DNA from: Spirochaetia bacterium | Lineage (GTDB): Bacteria; Spirochaetota; Spirochaetia; UBA9216 | DNA length: 64,000 nucleotides | Assembly (NCBI GenBank): GCA_963675665.1 | Contig: OY776510.1 | Location: 3,392,001 to 3,456,000 of the forward strand | Direction of reading: 5' to 3' | Shown: positions 34,351 through 43,859 of the stretch, piece after piece | Numbering within the stretch: the first letter of the stretch is position 1 | Layout of the letters: the number at the start of each line of letters is the position of its first letter | Translations under genes and position numbers: made by a program | Notes under the pieces: model-generated | What the model was told of the DNA's origin: nothing | Seen by the model: only the letters and a program-made list of their open reading frames with translations | The model's database searches: none

Positions 34351-34956
34351 ATGTCAAAGATTTTTTTGGAATATAATACTGTAAGAAATAATGCAATAAA
34401 GCTTGCGCATAAGATACTGAAAGACGGATTCATACCTGATGTTATATATGTTTCGTTAAGAGGCGGTGCGTACATCGGTAATGTTATAAGCGAATATTTT
34501 AAAATTGTAAGAACTGAAAGGCCAGTGCTGTACGCTGCAGTTGTTGCGAGATCGTATGTTGACGTTCATAATCATGACGAAGTCAGAATTGACGGCTGGA
34601 CATATAATCCTGAATATTTAAGGCAGGGAGACAAAATTCTGCTAGTCGATGATATTTTTGATTCAGGAAGAACAATAAACTACCTTGCTGATGTTCTGCT
34701 TCGCAGAGGCGTACCGAGAAAGGATCTTAAAATTGCCGTACATGACTATAAATATTTCAGTTACAGAGATGATTTACACCAGTTTAAACCCGATTATTTC
34801 TGCTGCAAGCATGTTATTGATTCGCTGGATGAAGATGTATGGATTCATTATATGAGTCATGAACTTGTCGGATTAAGACAGGATGAACTGGAGAAAAAAT
34901 ATTATGAAGAAGATCAATTATTAAGAGAGGCATTGGATATCCTTGATCAAAAATAA
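34351..34956 (+). CDS. Type I phosphoribosyltransferase
   Basis: SLRGG and PRPP-binding loop ILLVDDIFDSGRT. Confidence 0.85.
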   Translation: MSKIFLEYNTVRNNAIKLAHKILKDGFIPDVIYVSLRGGAYIGNVISEYFKIVRTERPVLYAAVVARSYVDVHNHDEVRIDGWTYNPEYLRQGDKILLVDDIFDSGRTINYLADVLLRRGVPRKDLKIAVHDYKYFSYRDDLHQFKPDYFCCKHVIDSLDEDVWIHYMSHELVGLRQDELEKKYYEEDQLLREALDILDQK

Positions 34957-37900
34957 AGCAAAACGTGCTTTACTGATATTATTCGGTATCTCTGTATTGA
35001 CCGTTCCAGTTTTGGCGGATAGTTATATTGACCATGCTTCCGGTATATATTCTCAGGATATTTTTATTGCAATAAATAATTTTTCAGGTAATGATAAAAT
35101 ATTTTACAGTTTTGGTAATAACGAGAATATGCCGTCAAATCCATATACCGGTGGTTTGTTGTTAAGCGCATTACCCGGTGAGGAAAGAGAATATATTTTC
35201 AATCTTTCAATCGGAAATGAACGTTATACATATAATTATTTAATAGATAAAAGACCGCCGGAAAAACCCGTACCGGAATTAATAGATAATGAAAACGGAT
35301 ATGGATATATATTCACTAATCCGTCGGATAAAGAGATATATTATGGTTTTGAAGATTATAATAAAGGCGAAAAATATAAATGGTCTTCTGAAGTAATATC
35401 TCCGCCGAAATCCGGATTCATATATTATTTTGCAATTGACTCTGCAGGAAATGAAAGTGAAACTGGTATGATATATCCTGTAGAGGATAATGAAACATCG
35501 GGCAGGGTTGTTCTTAATATAAAAAGTCCGGTTGAGGGTGAGTTTTCAAATACTCAATTGCTTTTTATTGATAAGGGAAAGTTTGAATGGATAAAATATA
35601 CGCTTAACGGAGAAGATCCTGTCGGTTCAGGTGTGAAATACACAGTTCCGGTTGAAATAAGAAGATATGGAAATGTTAATTTAAAAGTCTCGGCAAAGCT
35701 TGCCGATTCGGGTAAAATAATTACAAAAGAAATAAACTATAGAGTAAATACAAAAGCCCCCCTGAAAAATATTCCTCCGAGCGGTATATATTCGGGAAGT
35801 ATCAATATAAAAAGTTCGCTTGCCGGGTACAGATACAGTATTGAAGACCGGCTGCCAGGCTCTGAAGACCCTGTTTTTGAAGGCGAACTGAATATTAATC
35901 CCGTATACGGCGGGGTTAAATACACTACTATACGATTAAAAAAAACGGATGAAGAAGATTCAGACTTCCGTTATTTTTATGTTATCGACGATAGAATTCC
36001 CGCTGTCCCGATAATTGATTTTTACAGCAGATTGCCGAATGAAAATATAGTTGATGTAAAAATATCCGGTCCGGAATATGCTGATATCTTTTATACAACC
36101 GACGGATCCTCTCCGGGAAAATCATCATTAAAATATGATTCTGAATTTTCGTTGTCTGTTCCTGAAGACAAAAATGCAGGTTCGATAATTGTAAAAGCAC
36201 GTGCTGTTTCACTTAATGGAAAAAGCGGAGAAATTGTATCAAGTTTTATTACTTATGATACAAAAGAACCTGATGTACCTGATGTATCTATAAATAAAGA
36301 TGAAAATGATGGTTTATATAAAATATCTTATAATCTTGAATCAGGAGATAAGCTTTACTATAGACTGGAAGATTCAATAAACGGTTTTTACCCTGTTGAA
36401 AATGATAACTTTTTTCTTGATATACCCGAAGGATGTTCAAGAGAATTTCGTTTTATTTTTGCTGCCGTGGATTCTGCAGGAAACTGGTCGGATTTTACTG
36501 ATGTTGTACAAATCAAAATAAATAAACTGATTCCGGAAGCGCCGGAAGTAAATTTGATTGAGAATAAAATTATTATAGAAAGTGAGTATCACGTAGTTTA
36601 TAAATATACTGCTATTTTTAACGGAAAAGTTTTTGCAGAAGAAAGCGGCTCATACCTGGATAAAATAGATTTAACGGAAATAATTGTGCCCGGTTCGAGT
36701 TTAAAGTTAAATTTAATAATAACAGATGAATCAGGAAATATTCTTGAAACTGAAAATGATTTTTATTTTCCGGTTGCTGAAGAAAAGAAGGAAGCAGTAC
36801 TTTTTTCAAAAAAACCGGAGAATATTTATACTGGTTCAGAGGTTGAATTTTTTGCATATCCTGATGGTATAGAAGATAAACTTTATTATTACCTTACAGA
36901 AAAAAAGACTGACGGAGAAAATATAACCGAAGGTCCTTTTGAAACAGACGGTAATATTATTGTTCCTGGAAAAGAAAACAGAAGAATCGATTATTTTCTT
37001 GAGATATTTTCTATAAATGAAATGTCCGGCATAAAGTCGCAGGTTAATACCTACAATTTTACTATTGATAATGAAAAACCTGCTTTGCCGGTATTAAAAG
37101 GAATAGAGAATGGCGCTGTTGTAAACAGCAAAGTCATTCTTACTGCTGAAAGCGACGGTGACTCTGTAATTTTTATGAATTATGCGAATGACCCGGATAA
37201 AATAGGAACTCTTTTCAGCAAATCATCAATTATTTTTAATAAACCAATAATATTTGATTCGCCTGTCGGAAAATCCAGAAGTTTTTATCTGATTACGGGG
37301 GCTGGAGATTCAGCAGGAAACAGTTCGGTAAATGATAATGTTTTCAGTTTTACAATCGATAAAACTCCGCCGGTTATAAATGATATAATTGTTGAAAATG
37401 AGAAAGTGGTTTTTAAGGGTGAAGAAAATTTAAAATATTACTATGAAACGGGTTTTAAAGGAACATCAGTAAGAACGCCGGATTTGGAATCGGATTATTT
37501 TACTGAAAGTTTTGAATTTAACCGTACAGAAGATGACGAAAACATTTACATTTTAAAAGTCGTTCCTTACGACCAGGTAGGAAACAAAATAACTTATCCA
37601 TATTCATTTATGTTTAGAATTGATAATAAAAAACCGAAAGCTCCGGAAGAGCCTTTGGTGACTGTAAATGAAAAAAGCAGAAAGGTTTATCTAAGTTGGG
37701 ATAAAACTCAAAATAACATTATATATACGCTTAATAATGAATCTAATGAATATAAACACCCATTTTCAATAAAATATTCATCTGATATAACTGAAATGAA
37801 AATAACTTACCATTCTGTTGACTCTGCAGGAAATGAAAGTGATGACAAGTTGTTAGTTATTAATCTTCCGGGTATTTCAAATACAGAGCTTGTTACCGGT

Positions 37901-39970
37901 ATAAATAATAATTCTTTCTACAGAACCGACCTGGAGTTAAAGTCGGTTAAACCGGGTAGTTTAATTAGATATGAAATAAGCACGGAACAGATTTTCCCAC
38001 CCGAAGTAACAGTTTTCTCCCCGGAACTGCCTGAGAAATTACCGTTTAAAATTGAAGATGGTGAAAGTATTAATTTTATTGTCAGTATGAAAGAATTCAG
38101 GGACAGAAATGATAAAAAGGGCGGAGCAGAACAGGTTTTAAGATTTACCATAGATAAACAACTTCCTGAACCTCCTGAAATCAGCGGAATTAATGACGGA
38201 GAATACTATCTGAACGACTGCACTGCTTTTTTTAAACCATGTGAAGACGACATTTTTTATTCGGTAAGCAGCTATATCGGAAGTCAGGAAATATATGAGA
38301 AGTATTCCGATGCTTTTAAAATCGAATCTCCAGAAGGAACATATAAAAGTTTTGTAATTAATGCTTATACACAGGATTATGCAGGTAATAAAAGCAGTAT
38401 AAAAAGCTGGGAAATAACCATTGATAAAGAAATTATATATGTGTCGAAAAACGGAAAGGATTATTATACCGGAACAAGATCCTGGCCTTATAAAAGTATC
38501 AATAAAGCTATTGAACAAATCAAGAACTCGGATCGTAAAACAATTTTTATAGAAGAAGGACAGTATAATTTAAATTCACCGGCTGTTGTTGATGAAGCGG
38601 TGTCAATATACGGAGGATTCAAAGAAGGCAGCTGGCAGGATAAATCCGGAAGTACGGTTATAACAGTTGATAAAAGTTTCCCTGCAGATAACCCGGCTTT
38701 TTATATATATGGAGGAAACCTGACGCTTGACAATATTAACATTCTAAACGAAGAATCGATTAAAAATAATCTTTTTGTTGTTAATAAAGGGAATCTAAGC
38801 CTTATAAACTCCAGAATTGAATTGAAACTCTCCAAAGGAATATCATTTATAAAGCAGAATTATGGAAAATTAACATTATCCAATATTGAATTAAGCGGTT
38901 ACGGATCCGATGTTCCTGTTGTAGACAGTAATTATGGTGTTGTAAACATTAATAATTGCGGAATAAAATTTGGATCTGAATTTTCACAGTCAACAATTTT
39001 GGAAATTGATAACAGTTCAGATTATTCGTTGACATCAACAGAAATAAATGCTGAAAAAGGTAAAAATATTACAGCAATAGGAATAAAAAACAGCAGTGTT
39101 AATATTAAAAATACAGTAATTAATTGCAGCGATATAGGGATGTCATTTACCGGAATAGAAAGCGTCGACAGTAAATTATCAATGCAATACAGTAAAATTA
39201 TAAGCAGTAAAAATATCCGGTTGTATCGTTCGATTGTATCAGAAGATAGTATTCTTGATATAAAAGCAAATAATTTTAATATAGGCTCTGTTTCTGGTGT
39301 AATTGGTTTTAAAATTACAGGCGGTACCAGCTTCTTTGCAAATAACAGAATAAAAATTGGCAGTGTTAAAGATTTTATTTATGTATATCTTCTTGAAAAG
39401 GGAATGCATAGTATTGAAACTAATATTTTTCAGATTGGCGAATCCGATGAAATTATAAATATAAGAGCAAAAAACTCATCGGTTGATTATTTAAATAATA
39501 CCGTAACAACTGAAAGCGCGAAAAACGGGATTATTATGTTTAAACCTGAAGATAATTCAATTAACCGTATAATAAATAATATAATTATTAATTATAAATC
39601 ATATGGAAAAAATAATATGATTTATAATTCTTATGAAAACTCAATGATATCGTTTAAAAATAACTGTGTTTACGGCTGTGATATTTATCTTGACGGTTTA
39701 ATCAAGGCACAAGATATTATCAGTCTTGATCTTGTAGACGGTATCTATTCTGCAGGACGATTTTCCGGAAACATTGAGGAAAGTCCTGATAAAGTTTTTG
39801 CCGGAACTGACGCTTACTCTTTATCTTCCGAGTCAGAATGTATTGATGCCGGATATGATCTAAAAAATATTATTAAAAACAACACCGATATAGACGGTGA
39901 TATCAGGCCGAACCGTGGTTTAAACAGCAATCCGGCGTATGATATCGGTGCAGATGAATTTTATAATTGA
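34943..39970 (+). CDS. Large exported protein: tandem Ig/FN3-like repeats plus C-terminal right-handed beta-helix
   Basis: Signal peptide; recurring DxAGN and ID(K/N)xxP(E)xP motifs; YTTDGSSP and YTLNGEDP (CHB_HEX_C/Fn3_assoc-like); IYVS...GT...PYKSINKAI beta-helix start; C-terminal CIDAG...DIDGDIRP...YDIGADEF. Confidence 0.75.
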   Translation: MIKNKAKRALLILFGISVLTVPVLADSYIDHASGIYSQDIFIAINNFSGNDKIFYSFGNNENMPSNPYTGGLLLSALPGEEREYIFNLSIGNERYTYNYLIDKRPPEKPVPELIDNENGYGYIFTNPSDKEIYYGFEDYNKGEKYKWSSEVISPPKSGFIYYFAIDSAGNESETGMIYPVEDNETSGRVVLNIKSPVEGEFSNTQLLFIDKGKFEWIKYTLNGEDPVGSGVKYTVPVEIRRYGNVNLKVSAKLADSGKIITKEINYRVNTKAPLKNIPPSGIYSGSINIKSSLAGYRYSIEDRLPGSEDPVFEGELNINPVYGGVKYTTIRLKKTDEEDSDFRYFYVIDDRIPAVPIIDFYSRLPNENIVDVKISGPEYADIFYTTDGSSPGKSSLKYDSEFSLSVPEDKNAGSIIVKARAVSLNGKSGEIVSSFITYDTKEPDVPDVSINKDENDGLYKISYNLESGDKLYYRLEDSINGFYPVENDNFFLDIPEGCSREFRFIFAAVDSAGNWSDFTDVVQIKINKLIPEAPEVNLIENKIIIESEYHVVYKYTAIFNGKVFAEESGSYLDKIDLTEIIVPGSSLKLNLIITDESGNILETENDFYFPVAEEKKEAVLFSKKPENIYTGSEVEFFAYPDGIEDKLYYYLTEKKTDGENITEGPFETDGNIIVPGKENRRIDYFLEIFSINEMSGIKSQVNTYNFTIDNEKPALPVLKGIENGAVVNSKVILTAESDGDSVIFMNYANDPDKIGTLFSKSSIIFNKPIIFDSPVGKSRSFYLITGAGDSAGNSSVNDNVFSFTIDKTPPVINDIIVENEKVVFKGEENLKYYYETGFKGTSVRTPDLESDYFTESFEFNRTEDDENIYILKVVPYDQVGNKITYPYSFMFRIDNKKPKAPEEPLVTVNEKSRKVYLSWDKTQNNIIYTLNNESNEYKHPFSIKYSSDITEMKITYHSVDSAGNESDDKLLVINLPGISNTELVTGINNNSFYRTDLELKSVKPGSLIRYEISTEQIFPPEVTVFSPELPEKLPFKIEDGESINFIVSMKEFRDRNDKKGGAEQVLRFTIDKQLPEPPEISGINDGEYYLNDCTAFFKPCEDDIFYSVSSYIGSQEIYEKYSDAFKIESPEGTYKSFVINAYTQDYAGNKSSIKSWEITIDKEIIYVSKNGKDYYTGTRSWPYKSINKAIEQIKNSDRKTIFIEEGQYNLNSPAVVDEAVSIYGGFKEGSWQDKSGSTVITVDKSFPADNPAFYIYGGNLTLDNINILNEESIKNNLFVVNKGNLSLINSRIELKLSKGISFIKQNYGKLTLSNIELSGYGSDVPVVDSNYGVVNINNCGIKFGSEFSQSTILEIDNSSDYSLTSTEINAEKGKNITAIGIKNSSVNIKNTVINCSDIGMSFTGIESVDSKLSMQYSKIISSKNIRLYRSIVSEDSILDIKANNFNIGSVSGVIGFKITGGTSFFANNRIKIGSVKDFIYVYLLEKGMHSIETNIFQIGESDEIINIRAKNSSVDYLNNTVTTESAKNGIIMFKPEDNSINRIINNIIINYKSYGKNNMIYNSYENSMISFKNNCVYGCDIYLDGLIKAQDIISLDLVDGIYSAGRFSGNIEESPDKVFAGTDAYSLSSESECIDAGYDLKNIIKNNTDIDGDIRPNRGLNSNPAYDIGADEFYN
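35436..37842 (+). repeat. Identical 25-bp direct repeat at 35436-35460 and 37818-37842 within the large exported protein
   Basis: TTGACTCTGCAGGAAATGAAAGTGA occurs twice, encoding DSAGNES. Confidence 0.85.
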
Positions 39971-39998
39971 GATTATTTTAAAGAAAAGTCCATAAAAA

Positions 39999-41189
39999 CT
40001 ACTCTTTGCATTCACTGTCCCAGAAACGGGCAGTACCCTGTAAGCTGTTTTTCCATAAACCGGAATTATAACCAAGAGCAAATACCTTTTCAGAATCTGT
40101 AGCTTCGTCAACAAAAAAATCAAGAATTATACTGTCGCTTAATTCAATGCTGGAATATTGAATATAATTGGTAAGATCTGATGCTGCCAGTTTAGGCGAT
40201 ATGAAAGATTTATTCTCAATGGTGTTGTCTGCATCCATTTCATAATAACCAGATTCTGACGCAGCAAGAATGATGTCGATATCTGTGCCGACAGTGAAAC
40301 GTTTTATTCCGTAAAGAGATTCAAAAAGACCGTCATCATCATATGTATTTTCCAATATTTCCCAGGCGCCGTTTTTTCTTACAAGAAGAACTCCTTCTTC
40401 TGAAGTGAGGTAAACCTCGGTTCCTGCGGCAGGATCCGCATCAGTACATAAAATGCCGGTGAAACCGTCGCCCTTTAAATAAGCCGATTCGGATTCGGAG
40501 TATACATCTGCAGTAACATTTGAGGTTCCGGATTGTGTACCGTCGCCGCTGTAAAGCCTGTTGCCGAAAATAATCCAGTACTCAGAACCATCATAGTCTG
40601 CTTTCAATTCGCCGCCAACGGTTAAGTCTGAAGCGATTATTTCCAGGGGAGTTGTCTCGCTGAAACCGTTTATTGGTCCTGAATATATGGAATATCTGGA
40701 AGAAGAATCAACGGTGCTGAGGAACAGAAGACTGCCGGCTTTAGTAAAATCAATAACTTTCTCGTCTGTGCCGGCGGTGTCGCTTACAGTTAAAGGAGAA
40801 GACCATTTGAGACCGCTGTCAATAGAAGACGTATCAGCTTTGACGAGTATGTAATCAGAACCGTCGGTGCTAAAAAAAGAAGCGAAAGTGTATCCGTCGG
40901 TAAGTATCATGTTATAACAAAGATAATCTTTATATTCGCCTGCAGGCTCACAGATGCTCCATTCCGTATCATTGTCGGCATCAACTTTTCTGTATTGGAA
41001 TTCACCTGTTGCAATTAAATAATAATTTCCGCTCTTTTCCATTGAGCCTATAGTTATGTCTTTCTCAAGCGTGCCGTTGCTTATTGCCGTTTCCTGTTCA
41101 AGACTGTAAAAAAGTCCGCCGGCCTGGTCGGTACAGGACCATAAAAACGATGCTGAAATGATTATTATAAATAAAATAAAATTTCTCAT
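39999..41189 (-). CDS. Lipoprotein, possibly beta-propeller (resembles treponemal TP0136-type lipoproteins)
   Basis: Lipobox-like FLWS-C, followed by GLFYSLEQE; beta-rich acidic body ending GLWK...W. Confidence 0.6.
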   Translation of the reverse strand: MRNFILFIIIISASFLWSCTDQAGGLFYSLEQETAISNGTLEKDITIGSMEKSGNYYLIATGEFQYRKVDADNDTEWSICEPAGEYKDYLCYNMILTDGYTFASFFSTDGSDYILVKADTSSIDSGLKWSSPLTVSDTAGTDEKVIDFTKAGSLLFLSTVDSSSRYSIYSGPINGFSETTPLEIIASDLTVGGELKADYDGSEYWIIFGNRLYSGDGTQSGTSNVTADVYSESESAYLKGDGFTGILCTDADPAAGTEVYLTSEEGVLLVRKNGAWEILENTYDDDGLFESLYGIKRFTVGTDIDIILAASESGYYEMDADNTIENKSFISPKLAASDLTNYIQYSSIELSDSIILDFFVDEATDSEKVFALGYNSGLWKNSLQGTARFWDSECKE

Positions 41190-41198
41190 AATTTTTCC

Positions 41199-41828
41199 TT
41201 AAAAATGATAGACAGCAGAAAGATTCAGCTGAAGAAAATTGGCAATTCTGCTTTGATAGGCATAATCTTCCGAAAAATAAAGATCAGGTATAAACCAGTA
41301 ATCAACATTAATGCCGAAAGCCCATTCTCCGTTAAAATTCCAGTAAGCGCCTGCTCCGGGTTTAATAATCGGATTCACCCTGAAATATTCATCCAGAGTA
41401 TTAAGGGATAGACCTGCATTAATGTAAACAGGGAACTCAAAAGGGTATTTTATAAAGTAATACGACGCAACAAAAGAGATCGGTATCATCGCCAGTGTAC
41501 GGTTATCCGTTGTTGCAAACATGCCGCTTAATTCAGCCCCGATAAGCAGGTTGTCTTTAATAAATGAACCCCATTTAAGGCTTCCTGCAATACCGATGTT
41601 TACAGTATCTATCGAGCCGTACCAGGGTTCATCGTCGGTATGAAAAGGCGCAAAATTTATTAACGGGAAAATTGCTCCGGCATTCAAAGAAAAGATTTGT
41701 TCTCCCTTACTGTAAGAAACAACACCTATGTAATCATCATCCTCAGGAACCTGTTCCTGGTCCTGCGCTGAAAGAGGGATAAGCATTACAAGCAAAAAAC
41801 AAATGAAAGTAATAATTTTTTTAGTCAA
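41199..41828 (-). CDS. Small outer-membrane beta-barrel protein (TP0733/OmpW-like)
   Basis: Signal peptide, alternating hydrophobic strands, FEFPV, IKPGAGAYW, terminal SAVYHF (BAM-type C-terminal Phe); TTG start with GAGG RBS. Confidence 0.75.
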   Translation of the reverse strand: MTKKIITFICFLLVMLIPLSAQDQEQVPEDDDYIGVVSYSKGEQIFSLNAGAIFPLINFAPFHTDDEPWYGSIDTVNIGIAGSLKWGSFIKDNLLIGAELSGMFATTDNRTLAMIPISFVASYYFIKYPFEFPVYINAGLSLNTLDEYFRVNPIIKPGAGAYWNFNGEWAFGINVDYWFIPDLYFSEDYAYQSRIANFLQLNLSAVYHF

Positions 41829-41944
41829 AGTTTTACCTCAGTGAAATATGAAAAAAATAGTACCATCTAAGAACTCTTTTTTCAAGGATATGTTGAAATT
41901 CAGGACTTTTCCATGATAAAAAGAATATCAAAACGGGGGATAAT

Positions 41945-42613
41945 ATGCAATTGAACAGAGTCACAAAGATTGACGATAAAGTTTTAATAAATAATATTTT
42001 GATAAGCGTTGCCGACAAGGCTAATCTTGAAGAGTTGGTAAAAGGACTGACCGAAATTAATCCCGATATAAATATTTTTTCTACCGGCGGCACATATTCC
42101 AGGATAAGCGGGATACTCGGTGAAAATCATAAAAAGAATCTGAAAAGCGTTTCCGAATATACAGGGCAACCCGAAATGCAGGGAGGATTGGTAAAAACAC
42201 TTGATTTCAAGATTTATCTGGGTTTGTTAAGTGAAACCTATAATGATGCTCACAAGGCAGACCTGGAAAGGACGGGTGCAGTGGGTATTGATATGGTTAT
42301 TGTGAATTTATATCCTTTTAAAGAAACAATTTCACAAAAAGATGTTACTCTGGAAGATGCTCGTGCTAATATAGACATCGGCGGTCCATGCATGTTGAGA
42401 GCGTCGGCAAAAAACTTTCTGAGAGTTGTTTCAATCTGTGATCCGTCAGACTATTCAACCGTTCTGGATGAAATGAGGAAAAATAATGGAACTGTTTCAT
42501 TAAATTCAAGATTGAATTACGCCAAAAAAACTTTCGGTCATACCGCTTCTTATGATAAGGCAATTGCGGAATATCTTTTTAAACAGGACGGCAAAGGGGT
42601 TTATAATGTCTGA
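41945..42613 (+). CDS. Stand-alone IMP cyclohydrolase (PurH N-terminal MGS-like domain)
   Basis: LISVADK, STGGT, GGLVKTL, VNLYPF, NIDIGGP, RASAKN, F.HTASYD. Confidence 0.85.
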   Translation: MQLNRVTKIDDKVLINNILISVADKANLEELVKGLTEINPDINIFSTGGTYSRISGILGENHKKNLKSVSEYTGQPEMQGGLVKTLDFKIYLGLLSETYNDAHKADLERTGAVGIDMVIVNLYPFKETISQKDVTLEDARANIDIGGPCMLRASAKNFLRVVSICDPSDYSTVLDEMRKNNGTVSLNSRLNYAKKTFGHTASYDKAIAEYLFKQDGKGVYNV

Positions 42614-43859
42614 AAAAAAGCTATCATCAATGTACAGCAGAATTATCAAAGACCTTTTCCCGGAGAACATGGAAATGTCTTTTTATAATAATGCCGACGA
42701 TAAACAGACTTTGCATTATAAAAAAGCTACATGGACGATTGACGGCGATGAAAAAGGCCTTCGGTACGGTGAAAATCCTGACCAGGAAGCTGCTTTATAT
42801 AAACTCACAAACGGAAATATAACTTTGGGCGAGGTTTCAACAATCTTACCCGGGAAGTATCTTGCTTCGGATATTGAACTGATTCAGTCGGGAAAACACC
42901 CGGGAAAAACAAATATTACTGATATTGATAACTCTTTGAATATACTTCGGTATTTCAGGGATGAGCCGGTAACTGTTATTGTTAAGCATAACAATCCGTG
43001 CGGCGTAGCAACAGGGCCCACTCTTTCAGAATCATATTATAAAGCTTTAATGGCTGACAGAATTGCTGCCTTCGGAGGTGCAATTGCTGTAAACCGGGCC
43101 CTTGACAGGGAAACTGCCGAACTTATTACAGCCAGCTATTCGGAAGTTGTTGCCGCCCCGGATTTTGAGGATGGGGTTATGGATATACTTTCAAAAAAGA
43201 AAAATCTCAGGGTAATGAAAATTGAAAACATGAATCGGTTAAACGAGTTTATAGGAAACAGATTTATTGATTTTAAATCCCTGATTGACGGCGGGCTGAT
43301 TGCTCAATGGTCGTTTGTTCCAAAGATGTCAAAAGAAGACTTTTTACCCGCAGAGACTGAGTATAAAGGCAAACTTTACACTGTAAACAGACAGCCTACT
43401 GAAAATGAATGGAAAGATATGATCTTCGGCTGGCTGATTGAAAGCGGAATAACAAGTAATTCCGTAATTTATGTTAAAGACGGTGCTACGGTTGGAATCG
43501 GTACAGGAGAACAGGACAGGGTAGGCGTGGCGGAAATAGCACGTGACAAGGCATACAGAAAATATGCCGACAGAATTTGTTTTGAAGAATACAAAACACC
43601 TTTAAGCTTGATTAAAGATGAGGATGTATTAAAAAATATACAAAAACAAACAGATCAAGCACACGGCGGAATGAAAGGAAGTGTTATGGTTTCAGACGCT
43701 TTTTTCCCTTTCCGGGACGGAATTGAGGTGGGTTTAAAAGAAGGCGTTTCTGCTGTTATACAGCCCGGTGGTTCGCTCAGAGATTTCGAAAGTATTGAAG
43801 CATGTAATGAATTTAACGCGACAATGGTTTATACCGGACAAAGGAGCTTCAAACATTAA
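42606..43859 (+). CDS. Stand-alone AICAR transformylase (PurH C-terminal domain)
   Basis: LRYGENPDQ, catalytic VKHNNPCG, AFGG, SDAFFPFRDG, IQPGGS, RSFKH; own ATG at 42606. Confidence 0.88.
   Translation: MSEKKLSSMYSRIIKDLFPENMEMSFYNNADDKQTLHYKKATWTIDGDEKGLRYGENPDQEAALYKLTNGNITLGEVSTILPGKYLASDIELIQSGKHPGKTNITDIDNSLNILRYFRDEPVTVIVKHNNPCGVATGPTLSESYYKALMADRIAAFGGAIAVNRALDRETAELITASYSEVVAAPDFEDGVMDILSKKKNLRVMKIENMNRLNEFIGNRFIDFKSLIDGGLIAQWSFVPKMSKEDFLPAETEYKGKLYTVNRQPTENEWKDMIFGWLIESGITSNSVIYVKDGATVGIGTGEQDRVGVAEIARDKAYRKYADRICFEEYKTPLSLIKDEDVLKNIQKQTDQAHGGMKGSVMVSDAFFPFRDGIEVGLKEGVSAVIQPGGSLRDFESIEACNEFNATMVYTGQRSFKH

Noticed and set aside
30502-39970. Visibly AT-richer genes (30502-32127, 34943-39970) as a possible horizontally acquired island
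   Set aside because: No integrase, transposase, tRNA or flanking repeats, and both genes overlap housekeeping neighbours.
42552-42613. Frameshifted or pseudogenised purH, or programmed frameshift
   Set aside because: Both halves retain catalytic motifs, the second has its own ATG and distinct N-terminus, and no slippery site was evident.
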